Positions 15,770-24,838 of a stretch of DNA of 64,000 nt are shown piece by piece. The translations under genes were made by a program, and so were the position numbers. Location: positions 1 to 64,000 of IMG/VR virus record IMGVR_UViG_3300042463_000956, one strand, 5' to 3'. Source of the stretch: an uncultured virus (IMG/VR IMGVR_UViG_3300042463_000956). Lineage: Duplodnaviria > Heunggongvirae > Uroviricota > Caudoviricetes. Each line of letters begins with the position of its first letter. Within the stretch, counting starts at the first letter, position 1. Below the pieces are notes generated by a model. That model was not told the origin of the DNA. It saw nothing but the letters and a program-made list of their open reading frames with translations, and searched no databases.

Positions 15770-16186
15770 ATGAAAACAATTATAACAACCTTATTTATCC
15801 TATTTTATTTTGTTTATTTTTCTCAAATGAGTGATTTGGAAAAAGCCGTATTTGAAGAATTTAAAATCTATAAAAAAAATTACAATGGTAATACAGTAAA
15901 ACTCGATACAACACTAAGTTTTGGTTGTAAAGAACATAGTATTACTATGTATAAAGTTGTTAATCTTTTCCATGCTAAAATGGACGGAGTTAGTTTTAAA
16001 TCTGAAATATGTCAAGAAAGTTTTGCAACAAGTAAAAGTACAAAAGAAAATTCAAAATTTATTCTTGATGGATTTTTAGTGTCATCTGAACACACAAAGT
16101 TACTTAGAGAAAAATCAGAATATATGGGTGTTGGTATTTTTGTTGACCAATACGATAATTATTGGGTTACAATACGTTTTCGTTAG
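15770..16186 (+). CDS. Secreted CAP/SCP-like domain protein
   Basis: Signal peptide; HS..M, S..H...L, YMGVGI, YWVT pattern. Confidence 0.55.
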   Translation: MKTIITTLFILFYFVYFSQMSDLEKAVFEEFKIYKKNYNGNTVKLDTTLSFGCKEHSITMYKVVNLFHAKMDGVSFKSEICQESFATSKSTKENSKFILDGFLVSSEHTKLLREKSEYMGVGIFVDQYDNYWVTIRFR

Positions 16187-18126
16187 AAATTACCAACACC
16201 AGAACTAATAACAGCGGTTGCTTTATCGTTACTACAAGGATTATATCTTATAACAAATTGAGCCTCACATTCTGGAGCTCCCCCACATCCACCACACCTT
16301 GGGAAAGTACCGTATGGCATACCTAAATCAACCACAGTTCCGTTTGGTTTTGTAAATTTAATAAATGGAGTTTCCATGTGTGTTGTCATACAAGCATTAT
16401 TCGGATCAGTCATATCAAGATAGTTTTTATATCTATCAGAATAGTATTTATGACCCTTACCCTTTAACCAGATTTCAACTTCACCAACTTTACTTTTTGC
16501 CATAACTTTTTCAGCAAAAGCTGCTGTTATTGTAAATGTATTTGTTCTGGTACCACCAACATTTCTATCACCACCAACAGTTTTTAAGTTTAAATTTTGT
16601 CCTGTTTGTTTTTTTCCTTTTTCATCTAAGATAATACCAGAACTACATAAAACACCATTTCCAATGTCAGCCGTACCAATTAACACTTCACCGTTCAAAT
16701 ATAAATCAAATGTTGCCTTATCACACGAGTGATTGTTTCCTTGATAATAATCAATTGATATTTTTGAATTTGTTAAACAAGGTTTACTTGTTTGGGTTCC
16801 ATTAGGCATATTTTTTAACACTCTAATTGTGAGTTTAAAATACACCTGTTGACCAGGTACTTTAGATACTCCGTTAGTACCTGTCCAAGTTCTTTCTGGA
16901 CTATCATCAGGAACACCACCTGTATTAACTGTGTAAGCAACAACTTTATCTTTAGAAAAACCAGCCACTTTAATTCCAACACCATTTGCATCTTTTTTTG
17001 GTAGAGCAGCTTTTAGATTACCTAAAAACTCTGTAGCTCTTTGTAATGCTAAAGTGTTATTACTAGCATAATTTTTACCATATAGTGCTTGATCTAATTT
17101 ATCACTATTAAAAATTGGGTTTTTATAATCATCACCTTTAAAAGTAATATCCCAACCAATTTTTTGTCCGTTCATAATATTGCTAGCACCACCACGAACT
17201 TCAGCTAAAGTCATGTGTAAGTTACCGTTTTTTCCTTCGGCAACTAATGTTGTGTTTTTTAAAATCTGAGCTCTAATTGCTTCGTTAACCTTTTTTACTA
17301 ATGAGGCACTATCAGTACCCATAGTCGCAAGTGAAGCAAAACCTTCAACAGTGTAACTTTTTAAATTATCGTTATATGTTATATTAACAATTGCATCACT
17401 AAAAATTTGATTCATACTACCACCGCCAGTTGTTCCTGGTTTTGTTGTTGCTGTTGTTCCTGGTTTTGTTGTTGCTGTTGTTCCTGGTTTTGCTGTTGCT
17501 GTTGTTCCTGGTTTTGCTGTTGTTCCTGGCTTTGCTGTTGTTTTTTGTTGTGAATCAGACTCAACCTTTTTTATACTTTCAATTCGTTCTGTAACATCTT
17601 CACCTTTAGATTTAAGTGTTATTAACTCACCAACGCTAGTAGCAATTGATAATGTTACTTTATCAAACGCGGCTCTTAATTTTGCATTATCGGCATCTAC
17701 TTTTGCATATTTTTTTGTATAACTTTCTCTAAAAGGTACAGTATTAAGACCAGTATTACTTGGGGGGTTTTCCAATTTATTATTTACTGGGTTTTTAAAT
17801 TTTTCAACAGAACCTAATGGGTAACTAAAAAAAATTTCACTATAGATTTCGTTGAAGTATGTTATTTGGTTATTTGATTTTAAACCTATAACTTTTGGGG
17901 TTCCAGTATAATTTTCTGTTAAATTTTTTTGTTCATCAATACCATATAATTTGATTTCATTAAAACCATATTTGTTTAATGTTGCACTATATGCACTAGT
18001 AAGTTCACTAGCAATCTGGTCATAGTCAGTTTTATCTTGTTCTAATAGTATTTTTTGTTCTGAAATTACAACACCTCTTTGATATCCAAGAAGGTATTTC
18101 ATATATTTTAATTCTTCGTTAATCAT
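16183..18126 (-). CDS. Large hypothetical (probable virion) protein with TKPGTTAT repeats
   Basis: 647 aa; INEELKYMKYLLGY leader; tandem DNA repeat at ~17429-17540. Confidence 0.65.
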   Translation of the reverse strand: MINEELKYMKYLLGYQRGVVISEQKILLEQDKTDYDQIASELTSAYSATLNKYGFNEIKLYGIDEQKNLTENYTGTPKVIGLKSNNQITYFNEIYSEIFFSYPLGSVEKFKNPVNNKLENPPSNTGLNTVPFRESYTKKYAKVDADNAKLRAAFDKVTLSIATSVGELITLKSKGEDVTERIESIKKVESDSQQKTTAKPGTTAKPGTTATAKPGTTATTKPGTTATTKPGTTGGGSMNQIFSDAIVNITYNDNLKSYTVEGFASLATMGTDSASLVKKVNEAIRAQILKNTTLVAEGKNGNLHMTLAEVRGGASNIMNGQKIGWDITFKGDDYKNPIFNSDKLDQALYGKNYASNNTLALQRATEFLGNLKAALPKKDANGVGIKVAGFSKDKVVAYTVNTGGVPDDSPERTWTGTNGVSKVPGQQVYFKLTIRVLKNMPNGTQTSKPCLTNSKISIDYYQGNNHSCDKATFDLYLNGEVLIGTADIGNGVLCSSGIILDEKGKKQTGQNLNLKTVGGDRNVGGTRTNTFTITAAFAEKVMAKSKVGEVEIWLKGKGHKYYSDRYKNYLDMTDPNNACMTTHMETPFIKFTKPNGTVVDLGMPYGTFPRCGGCGGAPECEAQFVIRYNPCSNDKATAVISSGVGNF

Positions 18127-18194
18127 ACCAACATCTAATTTTATAATATATAAATATATTTATAGATATAAATAAACTTTAAAAACAAAAAAAA

Positions 18195-18362
18195 ATGAAG
18201 TTAACAAAAGAACAAGTTTTAGGAATTGTTAGACACGCTTTAACATTTGTTGGTGGTATTGTTGTTATGAAAGGATTAGCCGAAGCAGGTGTTGTTGCAG
18301 AAATTACTGGTGGTGTTATGACACTTGTTGGTGCTATCTGGTCAATCGTTGCTAAAAAATAA
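18195..18362 (+). CDS. Putative holin-like small membrane protein (55 aa, MKLTKEQVLGIVRHALTFVGGIVV...)
   Basis: Not in the ORF track; two TM segments and a basic C-terminus; late motif upstream, terminator downstream. Confidence 0.6.
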   Translation: MKLTKEQVLGIVRHALTFVGGIVVMKGLAEAGVVAEITGGVMTLVGAIWSIVAKK

Positions 18363-18381
18363 ATTTATTATTATTTTTTGT

Positions 18382-18409
18382 AAACCCCATCTTTTAGGTG
18401 GGGTTTTTT
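18382..18409 (+). terminator. Intrinsic terminator
   Basis: AAACCCCATC/GGTGGGGTTT plus T tail. Confidence 0.8.
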
Positions 18410-18441
18410 GTTGATTAAAAAATATTTTATATCTTTGTTTT

Positions 18442-18909
18442 ATGAATATATTTTTTTTAGATTTTGATACACAAAAATGTGCACAATATCATTGTGATAA
18501 ACACGTAGTTAAGATGATACTTGAAACAGCACAACTTTTATGTGGTGTACATTGGGTTATTGGTTCTGAAGCCCCATATAAGTTATCCCATAAAAACCAT
18601 CCTTGCGCAATCTGGACTAGGGAATCTCTTTCAAATTATTTATATCTTTGCGACCTTGGTTTGGAGTTGTGTAAAGAATATACATATAGATACGGTAAAA
18701 GACACAAATCACAAGATATTATAGAATGGTGTTTAGATAACAAACCAAATATCCCAGATAAAGACTTTACCCAACCGGCAAAAGCAATGCCAGACGAATA
18801 TAAGACTGAATCTGTTATTGATTCCTATAGGAATTACTATATAAATGCAAAAAAATCTTTTGTTAATTGGAAAAATAGAAATATACCAGAATGGTTTTTA
18901 ATTCATTGA
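18442..18909 (+). CDS. Pyrimidine-dimer DNA glycosylase / endonuclease V-like protein
   Basis: Motifs MNIFFLD...HCDKHVVKMILETAQLL, HKNHPCAIW, YRYGKRH, AMPDEY, SYRNYY. Confidence 0.75.
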   Translation: MNIFFLDFDTQKCAQYHCDKHVVKMILETAQLLCGVHWVIGSEAPYKLSHKNHPCAIWTRESLSNYLYLCDLGLELCKEYTYRYGKRHKSQDIIEWCLDNKPNIPDKDFTQPAKAMPDEYKTESVIDSYRNYYINAKKSFVNWKNRNIPEWFLIH

Positions 18910-18931
18910 TGTATTTATATAGAAAATCTAA

Positions 18932-20041
18932 ATGGGTTATACTCCTAGAAAAAAGAACGAGCTTATGGATATTGATAGACTTTATGAGTCTATTTCTACT
19001 TTTAGTTTTAATAAAAATATATTAAATGAAGCACCACAATCCGTGGACACTTCAAAATATAAGAATATTAATTTTAAAGATAGAGTTGTTGGTAGTAGCA
19101 CACCATCAAAAGATAAGATTAACCCATCTTTACTGGCAGATGTTGATAAAGCTGCTGGTATTGCCGGAACTAAAGCGTCAATTACAACTGCGGTAACAGG
19201 TCATAAAAGAGGTACAAGACACGAATCTGGTTTAGCTGTGGATGTTGCAATGTTTGATGGTAAAGGATATAGTGGTGTTAATAGTGCAAAAAAATTAGGG
19301 ATTTACGATAAAATTGTAAAATTTGTTAATGCTCTAGAAGATATGGGTTATAAAGTTAATTCAGAAAGGGGTAATGATAAAGCTGTTTTGTGGTTCGGAT
19401 TTCCAAACCATCACCACCACGTACATATTTCGAGAAAGTCAGATGACGGTAGCTCAACTTATGAAAAATCAGATGACGAATCTAAAGATGAAACACAAAA
19501 ACCTGATCAAACAACACCAAAAATTAAAAAAATATTTTACACAGCATTTTCTTCAGGTGAACAATCAATAATTAAAGGTGTTTTAGAAAAATTAGATTCA
19601 GTAGGAGTTAAAGACAATTTTTCAAAAATTGTTTTAGCATCACTTGTAATATATAAAAAAGACTCAATAGTGAAAGGCGAAACAATATCAAATTCAGAAG
19701 CTGAAACTTTCATAGGTGATTTAAAAGATAAAACATTTAACACTCTAGATGAATGTTTAGATTTTTTTGAAGAGGAGCTGGGTAAAAGGGAATTTAATAA
19801 AAGTGAAATAAAAACAATTGCCGAAAAGTTTGATGTTAAGGTTTCTGATGAAGGTGGTGGTGAAATCAAACTTGATTTGGAAAAATTTAAATCTTTTATG
19901 ACTAAATTTGAAAAGATTTTTGGTGGTAGTGAGGTAAAAGAAATTCAGGAACCTAAAATTGATTTAAAAAAAGAAGAGGAAGCTATCAAATTGAATGAAG
20001 AAATTACTCGAATTAAAAATTTTATAAAAAAAATTCTTTAG
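18932..20041 (+). CDS. Peptidase M15/LAS-like Zn metallopeptidase, probable virion-associated peptidoglycan hydrolase
   Basis: RHESGLAVDV and HHHVHIS (H-x6-D and HxH). Confidence 0.65.
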   Translation: MGYTPRKKNELMDIDRLYESISTFSFNKNILNEAPQSVDTSKYKNINFKDRVVGSSTPSKDKINPSLLADVDKAAGIAGTKASITTAVTGHKRGTRHESGLAVDVAMFDGKGYSGVNSAKKLGIYDKIVKFVNALEDMGYKVNSERGNDKAVLWFGFPNHHHHVHISRKSDDGSSTYEKSDDESKDETQKPDQTTPKIKKIFYTAFSSGEQSIIKGVLEKLDSVGVKDNFSKIVLASLVIYKKDSIVKGETISNSEAETFIGDLKDKTFNTLDECLDFFEEELGKREFNKSEIKTIAEKFDVKVSDEGGGEIKLDLEKFKSFMTKFEKIFGGSEVKEIQEPKIDLKKEEEAIKLNEEITRIKNFIKKIL

Positions 20042-20101
20042 CTTTCTTGACACAATCAAATATTTAATATATGTTTGTAATGTATTTAAAAACAAACAAA
20101 A

Positions 20102-20251
20102 ATGACAGAACAAGAAACACAAGTAATTGAAGTTGAAATCTACGGATACGTTAACAATGAAGGACAAAGAGTTTTTACACCAAATTTAGAGTTTGCACAT
20201 ATAATGGCAACAAAATATGGTACAAACCACGTCTTTGTAGAAAAAAAATAA
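20102..20251 (+). CDS. Small hypothetical protein (49 aa, MTEQETQVIEVEIYGYVNNEGQRVFTPNL...)
   Basis: Not in the ORF track; behind the TAnnTTTG promoter at 20070. Confidence 0.55.
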   Translation: MTEQETQVIEVEIYGYVNNEGQRVFTPNLEFAHIMATKYGTNHVFVEKK

Positions 20252-20348
20252 AAAAAGTTCACAAAGTACTTGACAAATCAAAATAAAAGTCTTAACTTTG
20301 TAAAACAAATTCGGAAATGACCGAAAACGTTCTTTGAAAACAAGATTA

Positions 20349-21190
20349 TCCGTTCAGGAGTAAGTAATGAAACTGATAAAGATATTGGGCCGTGTATAGT
20401 CCATAAAATAAACTGGGAAACCAGGATAAAGTGAATCATTTGTGTAAGTGGTTTGCGGTTTAGGTAACTAAACTTGAGTACACAAGCGGGATACCGTTTA
20501 ACCTTTAGTACCGAGGGCAACGCTGTAGGGAAAGTGGTTAAGTGATTGGGCGATGTGGGTCGTCTAGTTGAGGTGGGAACACCAATAGGAATAACTCGTA
20601 GGAATATTGCAAAAAATAGAATTATCCGATTTTATCATTGCGTGTTCCAGTATCATAGGAAACTTAAAACCGAAAGGTATGTTGATGTACAGGTGGTGCT
20701 GTTATTAACCTTGATTCGACCCCACCAAGGGTTAAATCTCGAAGTAGTCTTGAAATATTGAGATGGGGACATTTCACAGAGTAGTTGAGTATCGATTCGT
20801 TCAAAAGATGGGTTGGCTCGGTTGACAGACCACTACTTTGATAATCCACAACACAAATACTTTATGGAAAGTAATAAAACTAAATTATTAACTACAAAAA
20901 GGAAAAGTGTCTGTCAGGTTTGGATGAAAGGTGACTACATAGTAATGAGCCGTTCATTGCACACAAGGATCCCAAGTCTAAGTGTAATTATCCGAAAAAC
21001 CTTTAGTCCCGCAAGGACGAACTGGGGAGGCATCCTCGGAAAGAGTCAAGTAAGATGAGAGTAATTCAAACCTCAAGGAGTGGTAAACCTAAAAGACCGT
21101 CACTGAGAAATACTTTCCAAAAGAAAGTGGATAAGAGTAGAATAAATAATGACTCTAAAGGTTCTCAATAACAGGTGTAATCTCAGCCTT
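20349..21190 (+). ncRNA. Large (~840 nt) noncoding RNA, GOLLD-like
   Basis: GC-richer stretch without a credible ORF, with many GNRA-type hairpins, its own promoter (20293), boxA (20329) and terminator (21226-21253). Size and tRNA-cluster context fit GOLLD. Ends are approximate. Confidence 0.6.
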
Positions 21191-21271
21191 ATTTTTAAAA
21201 TCTAAGATCTTATTAAAAAAAATTAGGAGACAACAATTAGTTGTCTTTTTTTTATTGATATATTTATTAGT

Positions 21272-21757
21272 ATGATAATTATAATTTCAGAAAGACAACA
21301 CGAATTAATCAAAGAACAATTATGGTTAAATGCTGCAAGATTTGGTGCGCACGAAACAAACACTGGTAGTGGTTGGGAGCAAGGACTTCAAAAAACTACG
21401 ATATATACAAAAAATTATTCCGACCAACAAAAAGTTGCAAATTTATTTAAACTTGCAAAAGGTTGGTCGTCTACACCCCAAGATTGGAATACAATTAAAA
21501 ATACCGCAACACAAATAAAAACGGCATTAGAAGGTATGGGTTCTGGTAATTTTTTAACACTTTTAAGTCAGATAAATACAAAAGCCAAACTAGCCGCATT
21601 AATTAAAAATTGGAGTTACGGTGGAAAAAATCTTTTTCAGTGGTTAACAGAAGAATATACAATAAGCTGGGGAGACATTCTAAATGTCTTAAAAAAATAT
21701 TTCTCAAGTTATATTGTAAATACATACGCTGTTAATAACCAAAATCTATCCGCTTAA
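21272..21757 (+). CDS. Hypothetical protein (IIISERQHELIKEQ leader)
   Basis: ORF after GATATATTTAT. Confidence 0.7.
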   Translation: MIIIISERQHELIKEQLWLNAARFGAHETNTGSGWEQGLQKTTIYTKNYSDQQKVANLFKLAKGWSSTPQDWNTIKNTATQIKTALEGMGSGNFLTLLSQINTKAKLAALIKNWSYGGKNLFQWLTEEYTISWGDILNVLKKYFSSYIVNTYAVNNQNLSA

Positions 21758-21832
21758 CTTTTATTTTGTTGATTTTTACAAAAAATGTACTATATATATA
21801 GTATAATAAACTTTAATTAAACCTTATTCGAA

Positions 21833-21994
21833 ATGAAAAAATTATTTTTAATTTCTTTAACAATTTTCACGACAATCTCTCTTATGACATCTTGTGGTGA
21901 AAAAGGAACAGGAAACGCAACACCAGAAGCAACTGCTGTAGAATCTACAACTAATGCAACTGAGGTAGTAAAAGACACTACTTCTGTTAAGTAA
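21833..21994 (+). CDS. Small lipoprotein (53 aa, MKKLFLISLTIFTTISLMTSCGEK...)
   Basis: Not in the ORF track; signal peptide with lipobox LMTS-C. Confidence 0.7.
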   Translation: MKKLFLISLTIFTTISLMTSCGEKGTGNATPEATAVESTTNATEVVKDTTSVK

Positions 21995-22048
21995 TTAGGA
22001 TATCTCCTAAAAAAGAAAACCCACTTCAAAAGAGTGGGTTTTTTAATT
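21990..22048 (+). repeat. 59-bp direct repeat copy 1 (contains a terminator hairpin)
   Basis: Identical to 22459-22517. Confidence 0.9.
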
Positions 22049-22133
22049 AGTGGGTGGTAAATCAAAAAAAAATCTAAGTTAATTTATTTTTTTTTGTTTT
22101 TATATAATATTTATATCTAAATAAAAAGATATT

Positions 22134-22460
22134 ATGAAAAGAATAATTAGATTAACTGAGTCGGATCTTACAAGAATTATAAGACGTGTAATTATGGAGG
22201 GTAATTTAAAAGTTGGTGAAATAGTTAAAGTGACAGATGGTTTTGGTACTTTGGAAATTGAAATTGATGAATCCACTCCTAATGGATACCAAGGAATAAT
22301 TGTTGACCATTCTGGTGATTTTGGTGTAAGTAGTAAACAGGTAAAAATGTCAAATATCGCAATTGGAAATTTGGCAACAATTAAAATGATTGATGATAGT
22401 AATGTTAGTGTTACTTTATCTGATACATATAAAAAATCAGTAAAAGCTAAAATCAAATAG
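22134..22460 (+). CDS. Hypothetical protein with MKRIIRLTESDLTRIIRRVIME leader
   Basis: ORF after ATATTTATA; flanked by the 59-bp repeats. Confidence 0.75.
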   Translation: MKRIIRLTESDLTRIIRRVIMEGNLKVGEIVKVTDGFGTLEIEIDESTPNGYQGIIVDHSGDFGVSSKQVKMSNIAIGNLATIKMIDDSNVSVTLSDTYKKSVKAKIK

Positions 22461-22517
22461 TAATTAGGATATCTCCTAAAAAAGAAAACCCACTTCAAAA
22501 GAGTGGGTTTTTTAATT
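22459..22517 (+). repeat. 59-bp direct repeat copy 2, abutting the tmRNA 3' end
   Basis: Identical to 21990-22048; AAAACCCACT/AGTGGGTTTT bidirectional terminator. Confidence 0.9.
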
Positions 22518-22907
22518 GGTGGAGGTGGAGGGACTCGAACCCTCGTCCATAATATCCTGTCAGATAAGGACTACACGTTTAGGTTGGTATTTTCTAATAC
22601 CCCAAAATATTTGATTTGTTCTTCACCATCGTAAATCAACAACCAATGGTCCCGAATCGGATTTAGAGAGCCATCCGGTGTGCTCTATCAAACTACGACT
22701 TCTGTTGCTAGGTTATATGTCTGCCGACCCCCCGTTTCCGTAAACTTCTTAAGCTACAGTAACTTCAGAACCTCTTACTAATCCAAGAGTTTCCATTTTG
22801 TTTAGCACATTGCCAGTTGTTTTCTAAGTCAGTTTTTAAAGAGATTAACTCAGTCCCTACGTGCCCTTATTCCTCAGCCGATACCTGTCAAATCCAAAAA
22901 CACCCCC
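22517..22907 (-). ncRNA. ssrA: tmRNA; tag reading frame 22814..22749 encodes (A)GNVLNKMETLGLVRGSEVTVA
   Basis: 5' GGGGGUG pairs with 3' CACCUCC-ACCA including G3:U70; GGAUUUGAC D-loop mimic; T arm GAGGG-UUCGAGU-CCCUC; 391 nt. Confidence 0.92.
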
Positions 22908-22958
22908 ATATTATCAAAGAACTATATATAAATACAAATATAATTATATTTATCTAAT

Positions 22959-24008
22959 ATGGCAAGTGAAACCTATGAATTTTTAAAAAAAATAGCTAAA
23001 GGAGAAGAAGTTAATAGATGGTCTTATCCTGATGAGCTAATAAATCACATTTACTATACAAAAGGTAAATCACCAAAAGTTGAAATTACATTTGATGATG
23101 ACGATGATTTTTTAGAAGTTTTAGGTGTTACAGATGAAGATGATTTATATACCTGGAGAAGATTTATGGGTAGGTATAGTTACGACTATGATTTTGATAT
23201 GTGGAGATACGAAGAAGACTGGAAAGAAGGTTATGCTGTTTCAGCTTTCAAGGGAGAAAATATTGAAATTACAAATAAAATACTAAGATTAATAAATCCT
23301 ACTTTACGTCTTACAAATAATGAAGTTGAGTATTCTACCATTGCAAGAGTTTTAGGTTCAAAATTTCCAGATGAAGTCTCTGATATTACATATGAATACG
23401 GAAGATACCACGAAGAATGTATTTCAAGGGCCGTACAAATACAATTAATGGACGAAACAAATGACCCATTTAGAAATTTTGGTGTCATACAAAAACAACA
23501 CGCTTATAAATTTGTAACATCTGTAAATATTTTATTAAATTTATATAAAATGTTAAACGCTGAAGACGAGGATTTAAAAGGAATGTTAAAATTACTATAT
23601 GAAAATTATGGTGGTATAACTGTTGGTGGTTGGTATGATTTAGAATATAATGTTTGGTGTAATGATTATGATGATGAAGGATTCCAAAAAGAACTTACTC
23701 GAAATCTTGAAAAGATTTTAGAAAAAACTGAAGAAGATTTTGACGGTGTTGATCAAGAAGAATATAATAAAATGCTTGATGCTGTTATAAAAATTGGTGG
23801 GTTAAATAATGTTATTGAGTTACCAGGGAAAAATATGCAAGTTATTTTCCATAGGTTTGACCCAGAAACAAATAGGTTATATTTTGATGTTTGGAAAGGA
23901 ACTAAGAAAGAAGAAAGATCTGTTAGTAACCTTGAGGATTTGAATTTAGCTTTATATCATCCTGAATTACTTGAAAATATAAGAAAAGTATTAAAAAAAC
24001 TTTTGTAA
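22959..24008 (+). CDS. Acidic hypothetical protein
   Basis: 349-aa ORF after TATATTTAT. Confidence 0.75.
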   Translation: MASETYEFLKKIAKGEEVNRWSYPDELINHIYYTKGKSPKVEITFDDDDDFLEVLGVTDEDDLYTWRRFMGRYSYDYDFDMWRYEEDWKEGYAVSAFKGENIEITNKILRLINPTLRLTNNEVEYSTIARVLGSKFPDEVSDITYEYGRYHEECISRAVQIQLMDETNDPFRNFGVIQKQHAYKFVTSVNILLNLYKMLNAEDEDLKGMLKLLYENYGGITVGGWYDLEYNVWCNDYDDEGFQKELTRNLEKILEKTEEDFDGVDQEEYNKMLDAVIKIGGLNNVIELPGKNMQVIFHRFDPETNRLYFDVWKGTKKEERSVSNLEDLNLALYHPELLENIRKVLKKLL

Positions 24009-24036
24009 ATCAAAATAATATTTCTATATTTGTGGT

Positions 24037-24822
24037 ATGGAAAGAAATTTTGAATTATTAAAACAAGTGTTGTCTATACCAACAAAAACTTATCAAGAAG
24101 ATTTGATGATTGATTTTATCACAGAATGGTTGGATGAAAATAAAATCCCGTATTATGTTGATAACTTCTACAACATATATGCAACAAAACAAACCGACGA
24201 AAATATTGAGTACTTCCCTTGTGTTGTGGCACACACAGATACGGTCCATACAATCGATTCAATTAATGTCGTTGAGGAACAACTACCAAATGCACAAAAA
24301 GAGGTTAAATTATCCCTTAAAGCCTATAACGATAAAGGAGAACCGACTGGTATTGGTGGTGATGATAAGTGTGGTGTATATGCTTGTCTTGAATTACTAA
24401 AAGAATTACCCAATCTTAAAGCGGCTTTTTTTGTTGCCGAAGAAACTGGGTGTAAAGGATCATTTAATGCGGACCCAAAATTCTTTACAAATATTGGTTA
24501 TGCGATTCAATTTGATGCACCAGAAAACAATATGATTTCCGAGTTCTTAATGAATAAACCAATGTTTAAAAGAGATACTGATTTCTTTAACACCGGAAGT
24601 CGTTTAATTACCGAGCACTTTCCAGGTGATACCAAATACCACAGACACCCCTATACGGACATATTTCCGTTAAACCAAAATTTTGGTCTATCCTGTTTTA
24701 ATATTTCAATTGGTTATTACAACTATCACACAAGAAATGAATATGTTGTTGTGGAAGATACCTATAACGGTATTAAGGTTGGTAAACTAATGATAGAAGA
24801 ACTTGGTTATACTAAACATTAA
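24037..24822 (+). CDS. M20/M28-family Zn peptidase
   Basis: Motifs AHTDTV, GGDDKCG, AEETGCKG, YYNYHT. Confidence 0.85.
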   Translation: MERNFELLKQVLSIPTKTYQEDLMIDFITEWLDENKIPYYVDNFYNIYATKQTDENIEYFPCVVAHTDTVHTIDSINVVEEQLPNAQKEVKLSLKAYNDKGEPTGIGGDDKCGVYACLELLKELPNLKAAFFVAEETGCKGSFNADPKFFTNIGYAIQFDAPENNMISEFLMNKPMFKRDTDFFNTGSRLITEHFPGDTKYHRHPYTDIFPLNQNFGLSCFNISIGYYNYHTRNEYVVVEDTYNGIKVGKLMIEELGYTKH

Positions 24823-24838
24823 CAAAAAAAGGAGGGTT

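Noticed and set aside
20278..21058. Four short ORFs in the 20.3-21.2 kb region
   Set aside because: Atypical codon usage, on both strands and partly overlapping; better explained by one large ncRNA.
20349..21190. Possible group I/II intron or rRNA fragment
   Set aside because: It interrupts no gene, has its own promoter and terminator, and I recognised no rRNA or intron core motifs.
21817..22498. Minus-strand ORFs 21817..22065 and 22100..22498 sharing KWVFFFRRYPNY
   Set aside because: The shared peptide is just the 59-bp repeat read antisense; the real genes are on the plus strand.
22755..22805. tmRNA tag resembles the FeoA motif (L..LGL..G.EV.V)
   Set aside because: Too short to be significant; probably coincidence.
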